A stretch of DNA of 64,000 nt from Callorhinchus milii. Lineage: Eukaryota. Below, in pieces: positions 37,444 through 50,420 of this stretch. How positions within the stretch are numbered: position 1 is the stretch's first letter; each line of letters opens with the position of its first letter. The stretch covers positions 19,966,001-20,030,000 of the forward strand of contig NW_024704742.1 of the NCBI RefSeq assembly GCF_018977255.1, written 5' to 3'. The position numbers and the translations under genes are program-made. Below the pieces are notes generated by a model, which saw only the letters and a list, made by a program, of their open reading frames with translations, was not told the DNA's origin and searched no databases.

Positions 37444-38225
37444 TTACAATACCAAATCAAACATGATGATATTGAAGTGAAGGAAGGCAATGTTTTGGGA
37501 GGGAGTTTCAACCATATGATACAGCAGGATGACATAGAGCATACTTTGTGTTGGAGATGATGGATGCACCAGACATTGTTGTCTTATTACATGTGGTGAA
37601 AGAGAAGGGGGTGGTTGGCTGACGGCATAGTCGAAGAGGAGGGTCTTGAGGCGGGACTTGAAGGAGATTAAGGAGGGGGCGAGGCGGAGTGACTGGGGGA
37701 TAGAATTCCAGAGGATGGGGGCAGAGTGACTGAAGGCGCGCCCGCCAATGGTGGGGCGGGTGGGTCGGGGGACGTGGAGCAGGCCAGAGCCGGCTGAGTG
37801 GAGGGAACGGGCGGGTTGGTAGGGGGTTAGGAGGTCACAGAGGTAGGGTGAAGGGAGGCCATGGAGGGCTTTGTAGGTGAGGACCAGGATCTTGAACTGG
37901 ATCCTCTGAAGGATAGGGAGCCAATGGAGTCGGGCGAGAGTGGGGGAGATGGTGTCAAGGAATTTGGTGCGGGAGAGGACACGAGCTGCAGAGTTCTGGA
38001 TTATCTGCAGACTGTGGAGGAAGGAGTTGGGAAGGCTGACAAGCAGGACATTTGCATAGTCGAGCCTGGAGGTGATGAAGGCATGAACAAGAGTTTCAGT
38101 GGCCTGAGGGGTCAGGTAGTGGGGTAGTCGGGCGATGTTACGGAGGTGAGGGAAGGCAGAGCGGGTCATGACTTAAATGTGGGGGAGAAAAGACAGTTGA
38201 GAGTCAAACAAGACACCTAGGTTCT
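37444..38225 (-). mobile_element. L2-clade LINE ORF2 C-terminal fragment
   Basis: ORF 37444-38169: HLRNIARL...ETLVHAFITSRLDYANVLL...QNSAARVL...LHWLPILQRIQFKILVLTYKALHG...GGRAFSHSAPILWNSIP...FKSRLKTLLF. Confidence 0.92.
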
Positions 38226-40749
38226 TACAAAACACTACACTCAGTAGTAGGTAAATTTACCAATGCCCTAATGTTGGTTGTCACAAGTATCTATTAGGTG
38301 TCCTTGAGGACTGTTGCTGGAGTCAGTTTGTTGTGTAACAGATCAAGAAAAACTGGAGAAAAGCACCTTGATAAACTCATCTGAATAGAATGTAAAAGCA
38401 CCACTTTTACTGCTCTACAACCTTTCTAAAATCTAGGAGATAATATACTGCCCTTAATGATTTGCGCACCTACATATTTCAATAGCATATTTCAGCTATG
38501 AGTGAACCAACACTAAATATTCAGACGAGCTGGGACCATAAAGGCAACAGTGCACTGCATTGCTCACTGGTCGGTTTGTATAGCGGAAATCAAGGTACTG
38601 TTTGTTTCTGGGCAGGTGTAGATGAAGTAGTAAATCCATTATATCTAGCTCATTTTTCCCTTTGAACATTTCCCATATTCTCATATCCCAAGTAATTTAT
38701 CCTGGAATCATGCATGAAGCCTAATACAAAAAGTGTTGGATATCTCAAACAAGAGAATCAATCAGTCAAGGGAGGGGGCATCCATAAATAAAACAGCTGA
38801 TATTTTGTTGCATAATCTTGCAACTGGTGACCTTGCCGTGGATCTGGAGGAGTAGCAGAATCAGGTCAAGGTGGAGCAAGGTCACTAGGCAGCAACACCC
38901 ACTGAGACCCAGACAACAGATCTGTCTGTCATGATCTTATTCAGCAATTCTATAAATGACAACCCAATGGACAGGCTTTGTTTTTGGGTGGTGGCGATTT
39001 AGACAGTTGAGTACTTGTGTTAGCATTCGCCCACCAAACACAGTCACTACACTTTACAGTACACCCTGTGAAGGCTTAGGGGTGTCCTCCCAACGTGAAA
39101 GGCAATATACCGGATGTAAGGATCATTATTATTTATTAGTCTTAATATTTGCTTCAAATTTGCTGTAATTTACATATTTTAATTTAAGACTAATCTTTTG
39201 TTACTTTCGCAAATAGAAAATAATAGCCTTCAGTTATTTGTGCAAATCCAAATATATTTACATGTGCAGTTTCAGTGCTGAGCATGTTTATTTTGTATAC
39301 CAGCATTTGACCTTGGCCTGAAGGTATCCAACAGAGTGCTCTTTTAGTTGAAGGAGGAACACTTGTGAAATGCTGCAAACCAACTGGTCTAGATGTAATG
39401 CTGATGTGTGAATTATGGGCTTTCATGATATTTCTGAATCACTTCATTATGGTTGCTCTGTTCTCCAAAAAGGCTGTAACCAACCCTGGGTTCAACTTCT
39501 ATTTGAGAAATGTTCCAACTCTGCCTTATGTCCTGGATAAGAATATAAGAGGGTATAAAGTTCATAGTGGGTTGTGCACTGGGCAAAAAGCTCTGCAAAA
39601 TTATAATGGAAACCAAATGGTAGCATTGTCAAAGGCGCACTCCAAAGACTTTTTACCCAAAGTCTCCAAGGCAGACAATTAGTGCTTCAAGTCATTATCG
39701 TTCCCTTCACTGTGCATTGAAGTCCCTCCTTCCAATGTTGTATGACTGGAAGCAGGTGACTCCATGCTTTCTTGTTTGGTACCTCTTCAAGGAGATATCA
39801 AGCATTGTTTGTGGTCCCACCCAAATTTGTATTTACCCATCAAAATCCTCTGTGTATTTTTATTGTTCAAAATCGTTTTTGGAATGATATAGTTTTGACA
39901 CCTATAAAATAAAGCAGCAAGGACTTAATTCATTGTAAATTCTAGCATGGAATTTTCTTTTCACCGTAATTTATCAGTTCCACGTTATGAGGCAGATAAA
40001 CATCCATTATGTTCCGTAGAACTGGAAGGGTGAAATTGCTTTGTAAAATGAAGGGAACTCGTATCCTTTCAGTCAGTCAAGTAGCATAGCAATGCATTAA
40101 CCTGCCGGGGCACAAGGTAGATAAAATAGGATTATTATTAATAATAATAAAATCATTTATATATTTATATGTCCGATTTAATGTTACTTTAATTTGTGTC
40201 ATTTTAAACTAGAGTTGAAGGTCTCATATTTGCATTCCATTGACTGGGTCTACATAAATAGATTCAGTAAATGAAATTTAATGCAGGAAATATGCTTCTA
40301 GTGACTTAGTAAAATATCTTTGAAGAAAAAGGATAGAGAATATTCTAAATGGGGCTGTAAGAAAATCCCAGGGCCATTCTTATCCTATTCAGTTTTAGTG
40401 AGCTTTGAAATTCTATAAGTATCCTTTCTGCTTCTTCAACCTTATTGCATGCCAACTCCTGGCCTTATTTTGAATCATACTGAGGCTGAACCTTCTTTGC
40501 TATTTTCAGATATTCCACCTTTGTACCCTCCATCAAAAGATGCTTTTGCTGTTTGACACTTTGCTTCAAGATTGTATCACTGTAGAAATTGCTTTTCTCC
40601 TTTTAAATATCTTTCCTAAACTTCACAAATCATATTGCTGTCAGCAAACTTCAAACTTGTGCCATTCCAAGGATCTATTTTCAGTTTCTGTATTTTTGTA
40701 CATTGTGTTAATCGATTGTCTCTTATGGTAGTGTATTGTGTTACTGCAG

Positions 40750-41067
40750 CACGAAAAGAGGGCAGATATCGAGAGCCACCTCCAACGCCTCCTGGGTATG
40801 TTGGAATTCCCATTGCAGATTTCCAGGAAGGCCATCGACATCCAGGCATGAAGCCTCCGGACTATAATGTGGCACTACAAAGGTCACGGTTGGTGGGAAG
40901 ACCAAGTGATTCCCTTGGACCCTCAACTGTTCAAAGTGCAGCTCCACATTCGATCAGTCACTCGCAGGTCAGGCCTCTTAGCCGACCTCAGTGGCACAAG
41001 CCAAATGAATCTGACCCCAGACTAGCTCACCTGCAGTCTCAGGGTTTCCCATCTGAAGATGAAGATG
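40750..41067 (+). CDS. RAPGEF2: RAPGEF2 penultimate exon with PPGY/PPDY (PY) motifs; alternative in-frame acceptor at 40732
   Basis: [53 protein letters not shown]...[16 protein letters not shown]; 318 nt, phase 1-1. Confidence 0.93.
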
Positions 41068-43218
41068 GTAAGCTTTAAGTGATTATTTTGGTCAGCTATA
41101 TTATTGAATGCACCGGCTAATATGGATATATTCTGTAGAATCCGAGTGAGCAGAAAATATTCCAGAATATAATTGTAAAATGATTTTATATTTATTTTTT
41201 AATGACAGTGGTACTTTTGGAGTACTTTACAGAAACTCATAATGTAGAATCCTGTAGAATAATACATTAGATGGCAAGGGATGATTCTTCAATGAAGAAG
41301 TTGATAAGCTGAAGCAGTTTTTACTTGTTATCTGAACTTCTGATTATGTTTTCAGAAGAAAATGAAAGAAGGGAATTTTATTTCTATCGTCTATAAATTC
41401 AGAAAGCCCCTTCAGAGAGTATATTACAGCATCATATGCAGCTTCTCAGTTGTAACTCAATGTGTGTTTTACAAAATTTAAGACTGAACTTTTCTTTTTT
41501 ACCTGATTAAAGAGGAATATATTTTTTAAAGCTCTCCACTTTATTGGTGGGCTTGTGTAAAATATGTATGTGAGTTCTTTAGTTCTACTCTCCTTTGAGG
41601 AATTTTATGTTGTACATCAGATGAAAAATGTCTACCATTATTCTGCTTAAGCTGAGAGTGGCCAGTGTCCATCCTGGTGACATACTGTGATTTGAGGAAA
41701 ATCCCTTTACAGCAGTGGCAGACAGAAAGCTTACAAATAGCTGACTTTGACATTAATACTATATAATAGCTTAACCTTTTTGAACCAGTTCAATCTTGAA
41801 TTCAACCTTCAACTTTAAAATATTACAGTTTAACTTTTCAGTGCCATTTCTCTTCAGGTTGAGTCACCTCTTTATCCCCATATTCTAGCCCGTTCCAGGA
41901 GCTGGTATGTTGAGATGATCCCTCCTCCACTTTCCCTCTAATTTCTGCCCTGTTGAAGGCAGTGACTCATGCTGGGGAAACACTCCTCAGGCATTGACAG
42001 GTTTCCAATACCTAGTTTGAATGGTCTTGTGTGATCCAAGCCAGTGAGTGTTAATAGAGTATTCACCTTAGGGAACTATCACAGTCAAGTCCAATTTGCT
42101 TTTTCTCACTTACCGTTTCTTGTTGAGACCAGCCATGGCACCCCACCTTCATCTTGGCTAATTCAGCATAAAACAGAGATTTAACTTGGCTGCTTGTTTT
42201 ATCCATTGCATGGTTGTTTATCTGCTAAGCCTTTGGGGAGCCCGTGTCTTTGTTTAACACAGTGCTGATATGAGTACAGTTTTTTTATCAAATGAATCAC
42301 AGTCTAAGATGGTCCAAGGTTACAGAGGTTAATGGGCAGCGAAATAAAAAACTCAATTGAAATGATGTGCTATGTGAGCATATTTTGGGCTAGTGTTAAA
42401 GTATTTTAATGGATGGTATGCAATGGATGTGATTAGTTGTTTCAATGTTACAAAGGAAGGTTGGTGACATTGAGATTTCTTTGTATTTGTCTCCTCCTTT
42501 GAAAAAATCACCTACAAGCCGAAACCAAGAGGACATGTTTATGTACTTATCGAATAACTGAATGCTGTAACACTCATTTTATGCAAATATACATTTTCCT
42601 ATGTAACATTGTTTTCTCTTGCTACAAATTACACAATGTCATTAAGAACAGGGATGTGTCTCAAAGTAAATATGAGGTCGAACGAAAGAAACCAAGACAG
42701 CCATAAACAGTAAATATATGGCTGGTTCTAAAACGAAGAGGATTTTATTTACATTGAGCAGGCTAGATTCAAATAAAATCCGGCACATGGAGCTGAGTGA
42801 AATAAGAAATGAACATTACTTCCAACAGTGAGATCCGTAAATTGAGAATGATAATCTCTAGACAAATGAGACTGCTTTGCAATGTATACCCTTTACGTCC
42901 TGTCTCATCCTAGCATCACCTGTGTCATGCTGGAGCACAATTACTGCTTGGTCTGCTTTATTGTCTCTGGTATGCTTGTATCCTCTTTATATTTCTCGCT
43001 CTCTGTCTCTATCCTGCTTATTTGCTGTCTTACAATCTGTCTCAACTCTTGCTATCTAATGCCCTTCCCATGTTTCTTGTTATTTGGTGCATTCTTGAAA
43101 TGTGTGCTTTCCTAACTTAGAAATCTTTACCAAGAAATTTCTTAACACGAGACAATAGAAGTCCCAGCTACACTTATGTGCCTCTAATATGCATTGCTGA
43201 AATTAGCAGGCTTAACAC

Positions 43219-43991
43219 CAGAGGCCCCCAAACTGTTTTTGCCCTTCACCTCTTTTCGGAGATTCATGTCCCGTGCAGATCTTTCTAAGAAATAGTATTT
43301 TTGTATAGAGCAAGAGGATTTTATTTGCTCAGTTGATATTACATTGTTTAAGACAGAAAGAGTGACATAAGTAGCACAGTACCACTAGACTACTACTGAA
43401 TAAACTTAATGCATTTCATATACCTCTGTAGTTGGCCTACTACATTTTTTATAAAACTCTCTTTACCATAAAAAGCAGCTCATATTTAATAATAAAAAAG
43501 GTAATATAATAATAAAATACTTACCAATACATAAAAATATGCTTATCTCCCGCTCTAACTTTCTTGCATTCGCTCTCCAAGCAGAGAGAAACTAACAAAT
43601 ACTTATACAGTGAAAGAAGAAAAAACTCCCAAATGGTCCCTATAATGGCCTATTAAAAGTAATACTGAATAGGGGTACATGGAGGAAGGAAATTTCAAAC
43701 ATTAACTTACCTTTTAACCAAAGACCTTCCTGCCACAAAGCTAAGCGTGCACGTTACTGTGCTCTCCCAGCTTTACGTCACGCTGTAGCCCTATGCCTGC
43801 GCTCTCACCTTGTTTCTCAGTGCCGAGTGTGCGCCTGCGCTCACTCACACGAAAAAGCCAGCAACTGGAAAGGAAGTACAAAATCCGGCCAGGCCAGTTA
43901 AAAAACAACCAGATGATGACCCTAACAGGCCCCCTGATAATGTCTTTGTGCCCCCTCAAGGGTGGCCTGCCCCACAGCTTGAAAACCATTG
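43219..43991. mobile_element. Putative old non-autonomous hAT-like element
   Basis: Degenerate TIRs CAGAGGCCCCCAAACTG / CAGCTTGAAAACCATTG; candidate 8-bp TSD CTTAACAC vs CTATACAC (6/8); GC-rich subterminal segment. Confidence 0.45.
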
Positions 43992-45011
43992 CTATACACC
44001 ATCTCTCTCCTCTGGCTGTTCTATGTTATTTCCTTTATATGTCTGTGGGTGGTGCGGTGTTTCTTTGTTGCCCTTAATTTCCTTGTATGTAATTGCTCTC
44101 TCTCTTTCCCTCCTCTGCTTCATGGCGCCAGGAACAGAAAAAAAAAAGAAACATATCAAATTTAAAAAAGAACCTGACGTGGAAATCAGAAAGCAAAGAA
44201 CAAAAAGGTAATAAGAGGCAAATAATTTAGGAAATGATAGAGGGAAAGCACAGGAAAAAGGAATAATTCCAAGGATATAGTTAGACTTCCAATAGTTGTA
44301 TCACTATTTGAGATGGTTTGGTTGCACATCTACTCCTGCCATCAAGATAGAATTGGTCCAGCACTCCCGGACCCAAGTGATGAGTAATATTACAGTTTAT
44401 GGCAGGAGTTTACTGGCCTTCCATCGGCAGGTAAACCTCTTCTGAGATAAATGTTGCAGAAGTTGAGTGGTGTAGAACTCTACACCCGTCATTCTATTAT
44501 TTGACCTGCAGGAATGAATGTAGGAGGCATCTAATGGCTGTAACCATTCTTAATTGTGGGATGGTCATTGGAAGTTAGCTTAAAAGATTTCTAACAAAAT
44601 AGAGGTGAGGAAAATCTAAAATGACAGAATTCATCAAGGCAGAAAGATAGCGTGAGGGCATTAGAATAACATAGAATAAACCAAAGAATCTAATTAAATC
44701 CAAAGAAAGGAAGAAACCAAGAAACAAGCTGAAAATGAAAAAAAAATTAACTGGGAGCAATGAAGATAACCAGGAGAATAATTTTAACAGAAGACAACGG
44801 ACCATGTCTGTCGAATTATTTGTATCTACCCCATGCTGCAGAAGTGCTGATCTCATAGGTAAAGAGAAGATCAGTAATAGACTTGAAGGCGATTGATAGT
44901 ACACACTGCCTGCAAAGAACATATAGAATTATCGAGACTACAAACTGAGGGATTTTATTTTGTTCATCAAGTCTTTGCTTAATAGTTCCTGTTAGAACTA
45001 TTTACCCTAGT

Positions 45012-45451
45012 GTGTCAATATGGCTCAGTGGTAGCACTCTCGCCTCTTGAGTCAGAAGGTTGTGGGTTCAAGCCCTACATCTAGACTTAGAATCACATAG
45101 TCTAAGATGACCCTGCAAGGCAGCGCTAGGGGTCCTGCATTGTCAGAGGGCCACGCCTCGGATGAGAAGTTAAACTGAGGTCCTCTCTACCTGTTCACAT
45201 GGCTGTTTAATATCGCAGGGCACTATTGAAAAAACGAAGGGAGTTTCTCACGGTGTCCTAGCCAAGAATTCCACAAATAAAAAAAGGTCACCCAATCTAT
45301 GGCTGTGAGACATTGCTGTACGCAAAACTGGCTGCCTTGTTTTGCCCATAAAATACACAGGCATTCCACTTTACAGTATAGCCTGTGAAACACTTTGAGA
45401 TGTCTCAACAACATGGTAAGGCACTATTATCAAATGCAAGTAATATTATAA
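45012..45451 (+). mobile_element. Full-length tRNA-headed Deu-domain SINE with L2-type tail
   Basis: A box TGGCTCAGTGG, B box GGTTCAAGCCC, central CTGCATTGTCAGAGG..CGGATGAGAAGTTAAACTGAGG..GGCACTATT..GGGAGTTTCTC..GTGTCCTAGCCAA, tail TATCAAATGCAAG. Confidence 0.85.
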
Positions 45452-47084
45452 TCCTAATTCACAATTTTCTACCCTCATCCTATACCGTTTTTATCTTGTT
45501 TCCCTTCAGATGTTTCAGTTTCCCTTTCCAATGTTCTCAGCCTCAATATGTACTAATTATGAAGCATTCCATGTTATAACAACTCTTTGCTGAAATATCT
45601 TCTAGTGATGAATACTGGACTGAAGGGATGAAAGTTACTTCCCCAATTTGGCTGGAGGTGACCTAATTGAAGTGATGCATGGAATGAAAACCAGAAATTC
45701 AGCTTTTATGTATTTTGTTTCAGAGCTTCAATTCATATTATGGAATTTGTGTCTACAGGGTGGAATAGTACATTATAAATTGTTTTTGTTATACATGTTT
45801 GCAAAGTGAGTTACATTAGAGCCTAGCTTGAGGACTTCTTTAGGAGATGGTTTTGCCAACAGAGGTTTGCACCAGCATACATGCAGGTAGTGCAAATGTA
45901 CTGCACACGTACGTGTGTGTTTTCCAAGACTTTCTGCCGCCTGCCTGTGTACTCCGTCTCTAGCAGCACAATGACTTGGAGCTGGAAGCCTGTGTATGCT
46001 GTCTGTCTCTGAACCTGTCTGTCTATGTTTGTGCATGTGTATGGAGGCTCTAGGTCAGCTATGGGAAGCATTTTAAGATGCCTTCTTGATGTTAAAGGCA
46101 CTATATAAATGTAAATTACAGTTTTCAACTAGCTATTGTTAATGTTATTAGAGAGCCAGCTGAACTCCCAGCTCTGCAATGAAATTAAAAGCTATCTGTT
46201 GTATGGCAACAGTGAAAAGTGTACATGTTCAGAGCTCATATCAGTCCTCTGCAAAAGGGATTGGAAATAAATGAGTGTAATTGAGGCTTCCTGCTCGAAA
46301 TCATTCTACTGCTAGAGGCAATGCGACAATGCTACCTGCAGTATAAATTAGGCAGTAGCAGCAGCCTTTTTGTATTGCTCAATAAGCATACGGGTGTTAA
46401 AATTTTAAAACACACTGATAAAAGTGTGAATTTTCTCATGCAATCAATTATTCTAAAAAAGCTTATATAATATTCCTTGCAATAAATGTGATAAAGGTAA
46501 GGTTAGTTCTGTTTCCCCTCTCTTTCCCCCCACCTTGAGTTCTGCTAATGCGTCCTAGGCTCTATATATAGTTCTCCAGTGGATTTATATCTGAAACATC
46601 TGTTTCTCTGACAGGTTAGGGAGCTTCTGCTCATAACGGTCTCTGAATCTTTGCTAACCACATACAGTATGTGTCAAAAATGTCTCCCATGGTAATTTGT
46701 GCCTCAAAATAATTTGTTTCCATAAGCAGGTGGGGGCAAGGCAGAGAAAGAAGAGAAAGTCTGTTTATAGCCTGGGGAGAATGACTGAGCCCCACCTGAT
46801 TATGCCTCGACTGTTTTATGTTTGTAGTTTCATGTGGATTTTATTGTTCTGAAGACGAATGCAATAGTTGTCTCAAACAACCTTTGATATTCCTTTCTAC
46901 AAAATCTGCTCAGCAACAATGCCTATGGCATATGGCATATAAATGAATTATATACATCACTTGTAGTTGCTTTAGCATCAGAATATGTACATTCATTACA
47001 TAAGGTAGTTGTCTGCATTGAAGTGTAGACTTTTCTATGCACTCTTTGACAGTCTCCCTATTCTGCTATCCATAAACTCCAGCT

Positions 47085-47500
47085 GATATAAACTCCACGC
47101 CCATATTCTCACCTGCTCTAAATCTGCCTATCACCCCAGGCCTCACCAAGCTCCACGGTCTCCCTATGTTTCAAGATCTTCACTCTAACAATCCCTCATG
47201 CCCTAGCACCTCACTGACTGATCTTCTCCTATCCCATTGTGCTCCCTTTCTTCAGTTAACCTGGGCCTGGCGTGTCCATCATTGGTAATTGAGTCTTCAG
47301 ATACTGTGACCCTTACCTCAGGAACTCCCTCTTTTTAACCCCGTCTCACTGCTCTCTATTTGTCTGAAAATCCTGTCTAAAAATTTACCTCTGACTGTGC
47401 CTCCCTCCTCCCTCTTCCTCCCCTAGGCCCCCACTTGCTTAGAGTCTGCGCCCATCTTTGTAAAAGTGCTCTAATATGCAATTTAATTGCAAGTTGTTAC
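47085..47500 (+). mobile_element. Highly decayed L2 3' fragment
   Basis: AAACTCCACGCCCATATTCTCACCTG..AAGCTCCACGGTCTCCC..TTCAAGATCTTCACTCT.. aligns by eye with 331-991; tail TGCAAGTTGTT. Confidence 0.55.
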
Positions 47501-47552
47501 GGAATATGCTCTTTAGAAAGACAAATGATGAGATTGTAGAATTATTGCTTAA

Positions 47553-48055
47553 TGTGTCAGCCTGACTTAGGTCACTTACTTCTGAGGGTCTTGGAACCCA
47601 TATCGTCTATATGCTGACACTACATTGCAATGCTGCATTGTCGGAAGTGCTGTCCATCGGATGAGACTTTAAACTGAGGTCTGCCTGCCTGTCCAGGTGG
47701 CTGCTAAAGACCCCATGGCATTATTTGAAGAGAAAGGAGTTTATTCTGGAGTCCTAGCCAGCAATCCCACAAAATAAATATTGGTCACCCACAAAATGGC
47801 AGTTTGTGGGATATTGCTGGGCGCAAATTGGCTGCTGTGTTCACCCACAAAACACAGAGTCACTCGACAGTATAATAATAATAATCCTTGCATTTGATAT
47901 AGCGCCTTAACACGTGTTTGAGAAGTCTCAAAGAGCTTCACAGAATATATTGTAAAGTGAATTGACCATTATTTGTGGGCGAAACATATATCCTTTGAAA
48001 TGCTTTGAGATGTCTTGACAATATGATATGCTATATCAAATGCAAGGATTATTAA
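47553..48055 (+). mobile_element. Deu-domain SINE with a nested reverse SINE tail (about 47872-47985)
   Basis: GCTGCATTGTCGGAAGTGC..CGGATGAGACTTTAAACTGAGG core; internal ATAATAATCCTTGCATTTGATATAGCG; own tail at 48030-48055. Confidence 0.75.
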
Positions 48056-49089
48056 CAACTTGAGTGCTAAATACAACACACCCATCATTTATATCTTTTC
48101 ATGCTAAAACATGTGCCTGAAGTAGTTAAGAATTAAATGCGGAATGACTCAGATTTGTGCATTGAACGGATAAAAGGTAGCGTGTCGTAGCTATGATGGG
48201 TTTTGATGTAGCTTCTAAGTTAGATCGGATGTTGGGCAGTTACCAACTGGATGAGCTCAGACAAGATTTCATTAGTCAATAGGAATTGAATGATGAATAA
48301 GGAATGAGAACAAAATGCATCCAAGACTGAAATTCATAGTCCAAATCGCCAAGACCAGAAGCTGTGGAAATGCAAAAATGAAAATGTAAAAAGTGCAACA
48401 AACGTGCTTTATTAATATATAATACTTAGTTTATCTCATTGAAATGTTTCCAAGCACCTGACTCAATGAGGTTCTTCATCATGTAGGTGAATACATAAGC
48501 AATCTGTACCAAGAGAGCCTCAGAAATAGCAATAAGATAATTCACCAAATCTTTTATTTTCGGGTGAATTTGATTGTTGTGAAATATTTACTACGAGAAT
48601 ACCCTTAACTTCTTCAAAATAATGCTATAGGATGATTGACATCCACCTTAGTTTGGGAGGGGGTGGGGGAGAGGAGTAAGCAGGGTCTCTTTGGCTCCAA
48701 GGTTTCTTTCAACAGAATGTCCAAATCGAGTCAGTTCTGTTTGGCAGTCTCGGTATTCCAGTTCCTGAGCCAGGAGGCGCCGCTCTGCTTCCAAGGCACT
48801 GCTAGTGCCAGATCAGTCAACCTGTCTCATTGGCAGAACTTAGAGCAGTAGACTGGTGCAGAGATTCTTCCCAATTGGATATTGTTAATGAATAGCCCAC
48901 AACCCTAAGGAGTAGGGTGGACCTAGCTGGACAAACAGCAGGAATCTTGCCAGATGGTCCTCTCAGTCACAAACTATGCAATTTTAATTAGTTAATTCCA
49001 GAAGTACCCAACACACAACTCTGGGGACCCCTAGCCTTGGCTCTTGCCAAACTGCACCTATTAATTTCTGGAATTAGGTGAGCAGAAGA

Positions 49090-49268
49090 TAATAATAATC
49101 CTTGCATTTGATATAGCGCTGTTCACGTCGGGAGGACGTCCCAAAGCGTTTCACAGAACACACTGTAAAGTGAATTGACTAATTTGTGGGCAAACGCGGC
49201 AGCCAATTGCACACAGCAATGTCCCACAAACAGTCGTAGATTGAAAATGACCAATTGATATGTTCTTT
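49090..49268 (-). mobile_element. 5'-truncated SINE with probable TSD GC(A/T)GAAGA
   Basis: Close match to 8611-8790; flanked by GCAGAAGA and GCTGAAGA. Confidence 0.8.
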
Positions 49269-50391
49269 GCTGAAGAGACTGCATACTCCATTCCAGACAC
49301 AAGACATTTCCACATGTGTTAAATATTCAGCTGAGACCAAAAATCTCATTACATCCCCCTAACCCACAAGAGAGGCTACCCTTCACCATTTGAGTCACAG
49401 AAATGCAAATTTAGGTGACTTGGCCATGCTGACCATCTAGATCAGGAGGTTCTTAATTATATTCAAATAAGGGCCACTTTCCTTATTCGTTGATCATTGA
49501 TTCATCAGCTGTACCACTCCAGGCGATTGCTAATGACAGCCTAGCCAGCCTGGCTCATTGGCAGGACTTGGAGGGATGGACCAGTTACTGGGGACAGGAA
49601 CTCTTCCCACTCCTCTCACATTAACCCTTGAAGACAAAGCCGTAACGGGCAGGGAGGTCCTTGTCTCTGGTCCTTTTCCAAACTTGCTAATATTAGATGG
49701 ATTTTGCTACAGTTATAGTTTCAGCTATTCAAGTAATAGGAAAATAATATCAGGAAGGAAAATAATATCAGGAAGGATAGTGACATCTGGACATCCTCCC
49801 GCACCTCTTGTGGGAAAGGGGTTGGGAGAGTATCTAGTGTTAAAAATATTGTATCTTTGAAGGCTTGTCTTTCACATAGATTACCTGACCTTACAACAAT
49901 AGGGAAATGGAGAATGCTTCCATTCAAAAAGCAATAAACTACAAAATAGACATTCAAACTTTATATATTTCCTTTACAACAGTGTGATGCAATTAACCAT
50001 CTAACCAAAATTATAACTGCTCTCAGGGGTGTTAGCAAATGTAATGTGTAATGTTGGCTTGATCTATCTAAAGCATTCATATAACTAAATTATAGATAGA
50101 CCACCTGTTCACTGGCTTCTATAAAAGTTATTTTACTGCATGTGCTGCTGCGAGTTGGCCATCATGCGTCAGGAAATCACAGCATGAAGTCTACAGTGCA
50201 TCAATCATAGAACCATAGAATTTGCAGCACAGAAGAAGGCCATTCAGCCCATTGAGTCTGTCTCAGCTTCCTCAACATTATATATGATGTAAATGGACCA
50301 ATTTACTTTGGATCCCAGCTACTGTTCAAGTTTAACTACTTCCGATATCTTTACCCAGTTTCTAATGTAAAATTCAATTTGTTTTTCCCAG

Positions 50392-50420
50392 CAGAAGATG
50401 AGCAAGTTTCTGCAGTCTGA
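50392..50420 (+). CDS. RAPGEF2: RAPGEF2 terminal coding exon, (A)EDEQVSAV*, class I PDZ-binding motif
   Basis: TTTTTCCCAG|CAG|AAGATGAGCAAGTTTCTGCAGTCTGA; tandem NAGNAG acceptors at 50392 and 50395; stop TGA at 50418-50420. Confidence 0.92.

Noticed and set aside
49738..49778. 18-bp tandem duplication AGGAAAATAATATCAGGA x2
   Set aside because: Only two adjacent copies with no spacers; simple slippage, not a CRISPR-like array.
1..50420. Assignment as RAPGEF6 (PDZ-GEF2)
   Set aside because: Diagnostic segments ([59 protein letters not shown]) match RAPGEF2 as I recall it; a phylogeny would confirm.
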